From contig NC_047074.1 of assembly GCF_902459465.1 (NCBI RefSeq), positions 6,324,001 through 6,388,000 on the forward strand: DNA of 64,000 nt, given 5' to 3'. Source of the stretch: Asterias rubens (Eukaryota). This document shows, piece after piece, positions 52,360 to 64,000 of the stretch (position 1 is its first letter; every line of letters begins with the position of its first letter). The position numbers and the translations under genes were made by a program. The notes below the pieces were generated by a model. The model saw only the letters and a program-made list of their open reading frames with translations. It made no database searches and was not told where the DNA came from.

Positions 52360-55300
52360 GCACTTGAAGAAAAGGGCATACGAAGATTTCGTTGGAGCCT
52401 CACATTCTGTTACACAGGTATTTACAAAATTATCGTTTAGAAATTTGGCCCCAAACAACTACTGGAAGAAAACCCACTGACCATGTCAACAACAACAGAC
52501 GACAGTGTCACGTCTCATCTGTCTCAGCATGCTCATCACTAATCAGTCTCTGTCGGAAAAGTTTCCGTATGGCGCCACCACTTTTTCATTCGAAATAAAA
52601 TAATATAGTATCTAATTTACCTGATTGATATATCCCTTTTTGTAAAAATTAGTGAAAAAGTGGTGGCGCCATACGGAAAGTTATCCCAATGCAATGCCAA
52701 TCAATGACAATGGCAAAAAACTTAATTAATGCTTAAAAAGGCAGCTTAGCAAATGTATTTGTTAACTAAAACTTAAAAGGCCGAACTATGGGGTCAAGTC
52801 TCATAGTCATATTAGTTTACCGTGGGTATTCAATATCATTCATAATTCCGTAATCCGTGGGTCCAGTAAATTCATTTTTGTTGTAATGTCAAATGTCATC
52901 TCTATTCATGCTAACAAATATTAAAATAGTCAATAGACAACTTGAAAATGGTTGATTGGTGTAGCTGAGAAATCCGAATCCTACCAATCTAGTAATATAG
53001 TAGTATTATGTTATTGTTATAACAATATTATCTGAAATATTGTGGATAATTTGTTGTAAACTTGTAGTATAAATAGTTTTGATTTTTGGGGTTGAACAAA
53101 GAATTGACTTGAGTGGGATTCGAACCAACGACCTCTGGATTTACGTGCCGGCGCTCTACCAACTGAGCTATCTAGCCTACATATACCTTATGCATTGACG
53201 TCATCCAGCCGCCATCTTTGAGGTCAAACGGTGACGAAACAATCGAAATGCACATAGATTGGCCAATGAACAACCTCCTTTTGACCTCAAGACGAGGGCG
53301 CCGTACTGAAATGACGTCATGTGCATAAGGTCTATTGGCGATGTCCCTATTTTGTCAATATCTTTGTTCGGGGGTGCCAGTCAGAAGCCATACAACCGTT
53401 AACTGCCGTGTAGCCAGGGATCACACCCAAATTACGATACAACCTGGGAAGCGGCAGCCAGGGGATCACCTTAAGGGGATGCGACTTTTTGTTTCAGATA
53501 TCAATATAAACCACAATGGAAACTGACTGGGTAAATTTTGAAATGATTTTTGGGGTTGAACAAAGAATTGACTGGAGTGGGATTCGAACCAACGACCTCC
53601 GGATTAACGTGCCGGCGCTCTACCAACTGAGCTATCTAGCCCTATATTGGCGGTGTCCCTATTTTGTCAATTTCTTTGTTCGGGGGTGCCAGTCAGAAGC
53701 CATACAACCGTTAACTGCCGTGTAGCCAGGGATCACACCCAAATTTCGATACAACCTGGGAAGCGGCAGCCAGGGGATCACCTTAAGGGGATGCGACTTT
53801 TTGTTTCAGATATCAATATAAACCACAATGGAAACTGACTGGGTAAATTTTTCAGTTTCCATTGTGGTTTATATAAATAGTTTTGAATGAATATCTGAAA
53901 ATATGTCTAAACTAAAGTTACATATTTAAATTTTTACCTTTTAAAAATTAAATGTTGTTCTGTATTGAAATATTGGTGTAGATCTGTTTCTCATAAAATA
54001 AAAAAATGATTGACATCAATTCAAAAGTAGGACATTTTCACCTCAAAAATAGTCCCCAAAAAACGTCTGGCGTCCAAATAAGGACATTGAAACTTAAAAA
54101 GCTAAACACTTCAGCATTTTGCAAAGGGCGTCCTTAATATTTAACTTTATCACAAATAAATATGCGCTCAAATATCGAAATGCCTGCACAAGTTCACAAC
54201 TTGCAAGAGTCAAATGCATGCATTTTCCGAGTATAAAATTGGATTATTAAATACTCCACTCCCCTCCTATACATAAGTACTAAACGTACTAGATGCCTGA
54301 TGTTGAGACAGCTCAACGGTTCAGACAAATCGACTTTGAGACAACTCGATGGATGGCCAAGACAAGTCGACGGTTGAACGGTCAACCTCCGTTACTTACA
54401 TGTTTACACAAATTTCCTGTAACCTTAACCCTAACCCTATCCTAACCTAACCCCCATCCCCTTCCCGGCCCTGTGCGCGCCCCGTGCTGAGGCCATCTGT
54501 CAAGTTGTCTTGGTCCTATTAAGTCATGTTGTCTGACAGTTGAAAAAACTGTCAGTCGAGTTGTCCAAACTATACTACCAAGGTTTAAAGCCAAAATTAA
54601 TATTCTTTATCCCCCATGCAAATTTAACATCTCTTATCGCTGCGGTACCCGCTGCCAGAACATAGGATTCGAACTTCCTCTAGCTACTGGGCAACCTCGG
54701 TAGTCTAGTTTGTAAGACCCTGCTCTAGAATTGCAAGGGTCGTGGGTTTGAATCCCACCAGAGTAACATGCCTGTAATATTTTTTAACAGGACTCGGGGA
54801 AAGTACTGAGTATACAGTGCTAACACACATCGGTATATGGATAAAAGTCAAAATTAATACTCTTTATACCTGATGCAAATCCAACATCTCTTAAATCAAG
54901 GAGCAGTTTGATCTTAATGACAACAGAGTGCATTTAATGTTTACCAAGTTATTGTTTTCTTTCACCTTTTCAATTTCCAGGAAGAACCCCTGCCTACACC
55001 ATTGAAAATTCGCATTGTAAATCCAAGACAAAGTTCACCTGCCCTAATCTTACCTGACCCAGATGCAAACAATTTAACTGAGACTCTAGCAGTGCTGCTT
55101 GACTTTGAACACAAACTTCCTATCAGCTTACCACAAACAGGCAAGTATTTTATATTATTGAGAATGTTTTTGTGAAGTAAAACATCGTCTGATTAATATT
55201 TCCATGGTATAAAGAATGTTGCCAAACAGTGGTGTTTCTTTTGTGGTTCTAGTTATCACAAATGTCCTTGCCACCAAATACTTTTATTCTTCTGTATCAA

Positions 55301-58300
55301 AGGTTTCTTCTATTATACAATGTTATGTAGGATAGTTTTCTAACTGTTATGAGACCACTCATTATATACACGGCAGCAATTTTTCTTATCTGGCATAACA
55401 GTTTTTGTTTGTTTAATTGACACCCTTAATTTGTTGCAGTCATCAGTCAGACCGTCAGATAGCTGACACGTACACATCAATTCACCTGGACATTGCATGG
55501 AATAACCTGAGCCTTACTGGACTTTATTTTGTGTACAAACCAAGCAAGCAGGCCTGCAACATATTCACTCCAAATATTGGGAGAAACAAATAGAATGTTT
55601 CTTGAGTCAATGTGTCTATCTATTACTGTAAAGGACTTTTGACAAAAGTGGTCAGCAGCACGGTTTGACAAGCCAAAGACTACTTCAATTTGATTTTGTG
55701 TACTAAACCATCAGCAATCGTGTTGTTTTATCTCACTAGGAATCATAATTTCTCACTCACTTAAAGAATTCTGTTTGTTTGTTTGTTTGTTTGTTTTTTG
55801 TTTGTTTGTTTGTTTGTTTGTTTCTTGTCAACACTTAAAAGCAAAAATCTGTTAATTTACATATTATGTACGTTGTACATTACGTTGTAAATTGTAATTT
55901 GTATTGTTTGTTTACAGAGAATGCAGTGCAAAGTATTCTTGCACATTATCAAGAGCAAGTGAATGTAAGTGTTAAGGTGAAACTAGTGCATTTGCTTGGC
56001 CAGCTTGCCTTGACTCCAGGTTTTGATGCTGTGTTACTTCTGGAAGACTTGCTATCCCTTCTAGCATCAACAGGTTAGTTAAACATAAAGGCACATTTAC
56101 AATGCTGTATTAACATTACTTCATCTGCATTTCTTTGATTTTCTTTGATTACAAATGCTGCTTTGTGTGTGTGTGCAAGCGCTGTAGCAGTGTACTGTGT
56201 GTATCATTGGTCGGCACCGGTTTTGGGCTGGTATGTTGGACGCAATTTTTTGATGATTGCCTTTTTTTTTTTTTTTTTTGCAAGCCAATTAAAAAAAATT
56301 AACAAGTTTTGCGCTGTTAGAAATGGCAGATTGTTTTTGAAGAAAAATGATAAGACGTAGAATAGAACTACCCTGGAGTTGATAGTATAAATGTAAGATT
56401 TCACGCTGTGATCATTAAAATGAACTTATTTGGTATAAAAGAAGGCGCATCAGTAGATAGGACGCAGTGGTTTGTTTGGACCTTTGAAAGTCAGATGAGA
56501 CGCATCTTGTATGCAGGCAATTACAGTGCATCTTGTTGAGCAATCTTTGTAACTTCATACAATATATGTTATTGTCAAAATGTCAGATTATGATGTTGAT
56601 TCCCACAGAGTCGCACAGAGTCAAGTCACAGCTTTTATCCAGTTTGACTGCTATCGGCAGATCACTTTTCTCTCATGCAGAGCTACATGATAAACTTATT
56701 GACACTGCCAAGCTGGTAAGTAATTTCTTACCTATTCTTGTTCGCTATTTACAAGACATCTATCAACAGGGGACTGTTGTCATGATCTTAGCAGGCTTAC
56801 GGCTGGTCATGGAATCATGAATTCTAACCCAGTTACTCCACCCGTACGCTAGCCGTTACATATAATAATGATGCTGCCCTTTTTCATGTAATGGTACTGT
56901 ATGTGTGCATACAGTATATTGGGTTAGAATATATCCATGTATCAATGTCCAGCCACAAATCCTGCTACACTCATTACAACAGTCCCGCTTTAAACATGCT
57001 AAACAATTCCCAATGAGTGCATCTACAAGAGTTCACACAATAAATATTCAATGTTCTACACCAATCAATTTTAGCAGTTCTACTACATAAAGGTGGGGAT
57101 TGTAACAATAGTTTGAAATCCATATGTTGTCACATATTTGTTCACACACTTTTGTGAAAAAATACGTTAGATTTGTAAAATTTCACAATGAGGCTTTGTG
57201 TTGTTTGCTTGTGAAAACATAAGTCTTTTTAGAGTAAATATCGACCTGCTAATAGTGCATTCATTGACATTGCATCATACATGTAGGTCTATTCAGAATG
57301 CAATAAATAGTAACAATGTAAATGACTTTGTGTATTGATAAATTTGTATTCCTCAGCACTTATCAGATCTTCATCATACTGTGCGCTGTGAATGTTTATC
57401 AATGATTGGAGCATTGAGTACACTGGATAAATCAATCAACAAGAAAGAGGACAAGAAATGTCAGCGTCTCTTAGCAGCATACATAGATGATCAAGATCCT
57501 CGGGTCAGACAGAGCTCATTGAAATCAATGGTAAGAAGATTAAAGACACTGGACACTATTGGTAATTGTCAAAGACCAGTCTTCCCAATTGGTGTATCTT
57601 AACATATGCATAACATAACAAACCTGTGAAAATTTGAGCTCAATTGGCCATCGAAGTTGCGAGATAATAATGAAAGAAAAAACACCCTTGTCACACAAAG
57701 TTGTGTGCTTTCAGTTGCTTGATTTCGAGACCTCAAAATCTAGTTCTGAGGTCTCGGAATCAATTTGTGGAAATTACTTCTTTCTCAAAAACTTTGTTAC
57801 TTTAGGGAGCCATTTCCCACAATATTTTAAACTATCAATAGCTCCCCATTACTCGTTACCAAGTAAGGTTTTATGCTAATAATTATTTTGAGTAGTTACC
57901 AATATGTCCGCTGCCCTTAAGCACTTACAACCGCATTTTGTGTACATGAAGAGGAAATCGCTCATTTCGTTCTGTTTTTATGAGAAAATAGAATAGCTGT
58001 AGCAAACCGCATCCCAATGGTAATAATAATGTTAATTGTTCTAAAGCACTTAACTTGCTAAGAAAGATGAAATGGCATTAACTTTTCATGTTGTACTTTT
58101 TTTACAAACATTTAAGCTAACTCTGCATCAGCGAGGTCAAAGGCTGGATCTATCTGTTTATCAACAATCTGTGAAGGCTCTTACAGATGACTATGAAGGG
58201 GTCAGGCTAGCTGCACTTAAATTGGTCTGGGTATTAAGCCAGGTATACCCTGAAGAAATGTTAGCAGTGAAAGGAGGATCCACAGAAGACCAACTTCGCC

Positions 58301-61300
58301 TTGTAGATGACGGATTTACCAACATCTGTCAGATGGTCAGTTGTTTCAATCTTGTTTTTTTGTAATCAATTCCTTGCAACACTAACTTAGTTGCTTAAAA
58401 TAGAGCCTTGGTTGCTATGGTATTGTCACAGTGGCATTGCCACTATGGTATTGCCACACACAGTGGCAGTGCCACTATGGTATTGCCACAGTGGCTGTGC
58501 CACTATGGTATTGTCACAGTGGCACTGCCACTATGGTATTGTCACAGTGGCACTGCCACTGTGGTATTACCACAGTGGCAGTGCCACTATGGTATTGTCA
58601 CAGTGGCATTGCCACTATGGTATTGCCACAGTGGCTGTGCCACTATGGTATTGTCACAGTGGCACTGCCACTATGGTATTGTCACAGTGGCACTGCCACT
58701 ATGGTATTGTCACAGTGGCAGTGCCACTATGGTATTGTCACAGTGGCACTGCCACTATGGTATTGTCACAGTGGCACTGCCACTATGGTATTGTCACAGT
58801 GGCATTGCCACTATGGTATTGTCACAGTGGCACTGCCACTATGGTATTGTCACAGTGGCACTGCCACTATGGTATTGCCACAGTGGCAGTGCCACTATGG
58901 TATTGCCACAGTGGCAGTGCCACAGTGGCAGTGCCACTATGGTATTGCCACAGTGGCAGTGCCACAGTGGCAGTGCCACTATGGTATTGTCACAGTGGCA
59001 GTGCCACTATGGTATTGCCACTATGGTATTGCCACTATGGTATTGCCACAGTGGCAGTGCCACTATGGTATTGCCACAGTGGCAGTGCCACTATGGTATT
59101 GTCACAGTGGCAGTGCCACTATGGTATTGTCACAGTGGCACTGCCACTATGGTATTGCCACAGTGGCAGTGCCACTATGGTATTGTCACAGTGGCATTGC
59201 CACTATGGTATTGTCACAGTGGCAGTGCCACTGTGGTATTGCCACAGTGGCAGTGCCACTATGGTATTGTCACAGTGGCATTGCCACTATGGTATTGCCA
59301 CTATGGTATTGCCACTATGGTATTGCCACAGTGGCAGTGCCACTATGGTATTGCCACAGTGGCAGTGCCACTATGGTATTGTCACAGTGGCAGTGCCACT
59401 ATGGTATTGTCACAGTGGCACTGCCACTATGGTATTGCCACAGTGGCAGTGCCACTATGGTATTGTCACAGTGGCATTGCCACTATGGTATTGTCACAGT
59501 GGCACTGCCACTATGGTATTGCCACAGTGGCAGTGCCACTATGGTATTGTCACAGTGGCACTGCCACTATGGTATTGTCACAGTGGCACTGCCACTATGG
59601 TATTGCCACAGTGGCAGTGCCACAGTGGCAGTGCCACTGTGTTAGTGCCTCTGTGGAAGTGCCACTTTGGTAGTGCCACTGTGGTAGTGCCACTGTGGTA
59701 GTGCCACTGTGGTAGTGCCACTGTTGTAGTGCCACTGTTGTAGTGCCACTGTTGTAGTGCCACTGGGTAAGTACCTCTGTAGTAGTGCCACTGGATAGTA
59801 GTGCCACTGTGGCAATACCATAGTGGAAGTGCCACTGTGGTAGTGTCACTGTGATAGTGGTTGTGCCACCATAAATATGCTGTTGGTCAAATCATCAATC
59901 CATTTGGGGTATTTTTTGGAGATCTTGAACCGGTATTTTTCCCAATTACTGTGACACACAAAGTCTGCTCTATAACACACTGAAGAATCACTTGTAAAAG
60001 CATACGTGTACGTATTATTAAATAAAAACATGCCTAGCCAAACTCTCAAGACAAGTTTGGCTTTGACCAGAGCTGCCAAGTACTTTGAATATTAACCTGA
60101 ATGTTGTTGCTGTGTGCTTACCTTTAGGTAAATGATGAATCAATGAGAGTTCGGACTGAGGCAGCTGGATTGTTAGGCTCTCTTCATCTTGTCAGCTCAA
60201 AGTTCTTTCAACAAACATTAGACAAAAAGCTCATGTCAGGTTTGAGGGTAAGTCTCCATTTGTTTGATTTGAGAGCTTTATTTCCGGTATTTTTGTCAGT
60301 ATGTAAGGAACCATCAGATGTTTAGATTGTAGGCCTGATGAGAGGACATCATGAACATCAGGCAAGGATTAAAACCTATGAGGTACATGATGGAACTATT
60401 TTGCAAGTGCTTTTTTAGAAGACGAATGATGTACGTACATAACCTGAAAGAGTGACCAATGTTTGGTATTCTGGCTTCGAACGTTTCATTTAAAAAGTCA
60501 ACAACAATAGCATTAAATAAATTACAAAATTTGTAGTTTAGATTTGGTAGTTTACAATATAAACTTGGACATTTTATCAACTTACTGTTATCAAAGTGAT
60601 GCAGTAATGAAAAGCTTGTCTGGTCCTCGCATTATTTCCAGCAGTGGGTTAACCCAAGAAGTTCCCTTTTTTAAGGACGATTAATTTTAGTCAGTTAGTC
60701 TTCTGCCATGTCACATCTCATAAGTCTGTACTTGTATGTAACGAAAATCTGGTTCTAATGCAATCTAGGTTTTAATCAGATACACTTTTGAGAAACCGGT
60801 AGTTTCTACATCATTTGTACTGGGTCTCCATGTTTGAATGTGCACAAGACTTGCAAACTAATCTATTGTTGTCAGATACATATATTTATTTGGACATGTT
60901 CTACTGATTGATTGACTTTTCTCAGAGGAAGCGTACTTCCCATGAGCGTCAGAAAGAGAGTTATGCATGTGGTGATTGGTCATCAGGTCAGAAGTGGAAT
61001 GATGATGCACCTAAGGAGCATTTGGATCCTGGCAGTATTAGTCTCATCAATAGCGGAGCTTGTGGAGCATTCGTTCATGGATTAGAAGATGAATATTTAG
61101 GTGACTATTTTCTTACTTTATTACTGAGGTTTCATTCATTCATTCATTTTTGTTATAACAAAAACTAAATTTAATAAGGCCTTCCCTACTATTTTTGAAA
61201 AGTTAGCCGATTTGTCTGCCAAATTCAACAATTACATGAAGATGTGCGATGACTTTCACCAAGTGTGTTTAAAAAGATGAAATTAATTACAAAGGAAGTC

Positions 61301-62807
61301 TTTAAGTATTCCATTGATTTGTGTCCCAGTATGTGTGATAGTAATTGTCAATGGCAACTTGGCATAGAAGTTCAAGTTGTAATGCATGATGTTTATTCAC
61401 AAAGCTTATTTTTAAGATGACCTTGTTTTTAAGATGTCATACATGTTTGGAGTTTTCTTTAGCGTATTTCTTGTAATGCTTAACATAATGTATACATGTA
61501 TTTTTTCATGGTAGAGGTTCGATCAGCAGCTTTGGATTCTCTTTGTGAGCTGGCAACACAATCTCCTTCCTTTGCAAGATTATCACTAGACTTCCTTGTT
61601 GACATGTTCAATGATGAGATAGAAAGTGTGCGTCTGAATGCAATATACAGCATGAGAAAGATCACTCAACACATTATTCTAAGGGAAGACCAGTTGGAGA
61701 TAATCCTGAATGTGTTGGATGTAAGTTGCTTGTTATGATGTAAACATTGTTCAGCTAGCCAGTAGGACCTCTCTGCCCCCATGCATTCATCAAACCTTTT
61801 TCGCCACATGTTGCTCATTATATATTTAGTTTTCGGAATCCAGAAGACTTCTCAGTTCTGAAAAGAACTGTCCTGCTTTTTTACTACTACCTGGGCGGAA
61901 GGTAGAAAATGTTTGCTTCGAGTCATAACATTTGCAATCAATTAAAAAAGAAATCCTATTTTTTTTTATCACCCATTCTTATGCCTGTAACTGGCCGGAA
62001 CTACTACTCTAGCTTTTTAGTTGATCATTATTAACTTCATTAAACAAAGAGTGAGTTGTTAATTGGTCTAAATGTTTCGACTAGCTTGCTCTAGTCATCG
62101 TCCGGAGACTGAAGAAATGTGAGAGAATTGGGTCTATTTATAGGGACCAATTAAGAACACACTCCGTTGTAGTGGGTCTATTTATAGGGACCAATTAAGA
62201 ACACACTCCGTTGTAGTGGGTCTATTTATAGGGACCAATTAAGAACACACTCCGTTGTAGTGAAGTGGGTCTATTTATAGGGACCAATTAAGAACACACT
62301 CCGTTGTAGTGAAGCTAAAACTGATCCACTAAAAAGCTTAAGTAGTAGTCCCTACTTTCCACCCAGGTAGTATTTAAAAAGCAGTACAGTTCTTTTCAGA
62401 ACTGAGAAGTCTCTCGAACTCCGAAAATATACTCTGCGGTATTAATAAAGCAATCTACCTGGCAAAAATGTGTTCAAAATTGTTTGCCTACCTGTATGCC
62501 AAATTTGAGGCTTGTATCAAAAAGTACAAAATTGATGTAAATTATAGCCAGCTGCTTCAGAAAAGTTCTGAGGTCAATTGAATCATGATGAATCATGATG
62601 TCTTTATTCAAAGTGTATTTGTACAGTTATGTTATATTTCTTTTATGTTTGGTTTGTTGTGTAGGATTTCTCCAGTGAAATTCGAGAGGCTCTGCATGAG
62701 TTGTTGTGCACTGTTACATTGGCCACCAAGTCATGTTTGAGTAGATCCCTTCATTTCTTGCTGCGAAACTTGAACAAGTATCCACAGGATAAACTCTCTA
62801 TCTGGAA
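52352..62807 (+). CDS. INTS4: Integrator complex subunit 4, first ten coding exons, 3'-partial
   Basis: Exons 52352-52417, 54981-55140, 55918-56073, 56609-56715, 57357-57530, 58117-58335, 60128-60247, 60926-61100, 61515-61720 and 62665-62807 join in frame. Recognisable INTS4 segments: [84 protein letters not shown]. Confidence 0.96.
52555..52686. mobile_element. MITE, inverted copy of 1322-1453
   Basis: Same TIRs and internal sequence, in reverse orientation. Confidence 0.8.
53075..53880 (-). mobile_element. Head-to-tail 312-bp units with tRNA-derived heads
   Basis: 72-nt tRNA-like heads at 53177-53106 and 53641-53570 (A box tagctcagttgg, B box ggttcgaatcc). Body repeated at 53331 and 53643. 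Short inverted tail at about 53850-53875. Confidence 0.75.
53181..53335. mobile_element. About 150-bp MITE inserted between two tRNA-headed units
   Basis: TIRs atataccttatgcattgacgtca / tgacgtcatgtgcataaggtctat interrupt the ctagccctatattggcg junction seen intact at 53636-53652. Confidence 0.65.
54587..54893 (+). mobile_element. tRNA-like segment flanked by about 50-bp direct repeats
   Basis: Direct repeats at 54587-54636 and 54844-54893. Degenerate A box (ggtagtctagtttg) and B box (ggtttgaatcc) lie between them. Confidence 0.55.
55771..55825. repeat. (TTTG)n microsatellite
   Basis: Run of tttg units. Confidence 0.9.
57544..57916 (+). mobile_element. Kolobok-like MITE, copy 5
   Basis: ttaa at 57540-57543 and 57917-57920. 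Begins 13 nt into the intron after INTS4 exon 5. Confidence 0.8.
58415..59870. repeat. 28-bp (2 x 14-bp) higher-order minisatellite grading into 14-bp monomers
   Basis: Unit ggtattgtcacagt+ggcactgccactat. After about 59640 the monomer ggtagtgccactgt predominates. Confidence 0.95.
61830..62428. mobile_element. Inverted-repeat-bounded element with internal 44-bp tandem repeats, possibly Penelope-related
   Basis: Inverted arms of about 76 bp at 61830-61905 and 62352-62428. Four copies of gggtctatttatagggaccaattaagaacacactccgttgtagt at 62130-62310. A related end sequence occurs at about 24660-24780. Confidence 0.55.
62066..62109 (-). ncRNA. Degenerate minimal type I hammerhead ribozyme-like motif
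   Basis: Minus strand GTCT-C-CGGACGA-T-GACTAG-agcaag-CTAGTC-GAAA-CATTT-AGAC. Stem II is perfect and GAAA is intact, but the core reads CGGACGA instead of CUGANGA. Confidence 0.45.
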
Positions 62808-62873
62808 GTAAGTCCAGATAATCATCTTGAACATAGAATAGTCCATTTGTATTCTACATTAATGTAGGATATG

Positions 62874-62990
62874 AGTCACCGTGGTCAAGTGGTTAGACCG
62901 CAGGACTTGCAGTCACAAGGTTGTGGGTTCGAATCCCTCAGCCAACCACTGATTTCACAATGTCTAGAATAGATATTGTCGTCTAGTTAC
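62874..62990 (+). mobile_element. tRNA-derived SINE head
   Basis: A box tggtcaagtgg at 62882 and B box ggttcgaatcc at 62926. No proper acceptor stem. Confidence 0.6.
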
Positions 62991-64000
62991 TGAATCACAA
63001 TTCCTTGAGGTGTGATTCATAATCATAGACGTTAAACCAATGTTTGTATGAGAGAGATTGGCTGTTGCCAGCTTGGTGTTTACATGTATATCCCTTTATG
63101 GGAGTTTGCCGAGTTCCCTTGATGGGAAGGTCATTCAAACAAAAAATAAAGCACTGTATACTCAAACAACTAGAGTATACCACATCTCACTTTTCTCTTC
63201 TGGTATATATCCATGAGAACACTTTTTGAAATATCCACATTACATGTAGCCTTCAAGTGTCAAAGTCGAAAAATGTTACTTTCCTCTTTAATGCCATGGG
63301 TGTTTTTGACATGAGAAAATGTGTGCTTTATTACATGCCATGCATTGAATTTATTAGCTAATTTAAAAGATAATTAGCTTTACTTAATATACTTCGCATT
63401 TACTCCTGTTTCTATTCCAGTTATTGGTAAACACAGTATTTAAAAGATACATGAGTAGAGTCGATAATGGCAGATTCATGTAAACAAAGTGAATGGTGAT
63501 ACAATATCAATAAGCTAGTATTTATAGAGCACCTTTTCCAGGGGTTGCAAAGCGCTAGGATGTCAGATAGATTTCTGTTAAAGGGCAGCCAGGACACTAC
63601 ACAATTCATATTTTATTCACACTATGTGAAAACTCAATAACAATTTGTTGTAATATTTTCTTATGAATCATTTAGAGTAACATACAACATGTTCTATAGA
63701 TGATCCGAGATGTATAGCACAGCCTTGCAAATCAGATTGAATGAATCCCCAATCTGGCAGATTAGTGTAGAAAACTATCAATTATCAATGATATGAGCTC
63801 ATAGGATTTGGGCCTCATGAGGGGGGGGGGGGTCTGTATGGGTTTGGGCTTCTCTAAGTTACTGGAATACAAATGTGGACATGATAGTTTGTGCATAGTA
63901 GTGTTATTGACATGACATTTGTTTAATCATGTTCCACATGTATGGTTGTGTTTTCCTAGTTGTATGAAGCACCTTGGCTCAGCCCACCATGATTTGACTC

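Noticed and set aside
53106-53641. Functional tRNA genes (nominal GTT anticodon in one copy)
   Set aside because: Acceptor, anticodon and T stems have mismatches, position 33 is C rather than U, there is no T-run terminator, and they are embedded in a repeat. The heads at 19001, 54691 and 62874 were rejected similarly.
54421-54455. Telomere-like (CCCTAA)n run as an interstitial telomere or telomerase template
   Set aside because: It is short, degenerate and embedded in a dispersed repeat.
58391-59701. Three ORFs of over 400 aa rich in W, C and H
   Set aside because: All three frames are open because the 28/14-bp repeat lacks stops on this strand. The region lies in an INTS4 intron.

Overview
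Animal genomic DNA with introns and dense repeats. The repeat types suggest a marine invertebrate deuterostome such as an echinoderm; that assignment is inference. There are three host genes: LIPT2 (+, two coding exons, 18235-20015); a multi-exon gene on the minus strand that I cannot name (eight phase-compatible exons, 39687-26930, 5' end unresolved); and the first ten coding exons of INTS4 (+, from 52352, continuing past the window, with a GC-AG second intron). Three full-length but mutated Ty3/Gypsy LTR retrotransposons (7463-12118, 13027-17777, 46385-51703) each have a 5-bp TSD, a tRNA-Leu PBS and a PPT. The window also holds a solo LTR, older Gypsy and LINE relics, tRNA-derived elements, many MITE families and five tandem arrays. 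The most unusual observations are: small TAGCCC...GGGCTA elements with 9-bp TSDs that enclose other elements, one enclosing a whole Gypsy; the unnamed gene; head-to-tail tRNA-headed repeats; a decayed hammerhead-like motif; and a stem-loop beside the INTS4 start. All coordinates were read by eye and may be off by a few bases. No database search was run.
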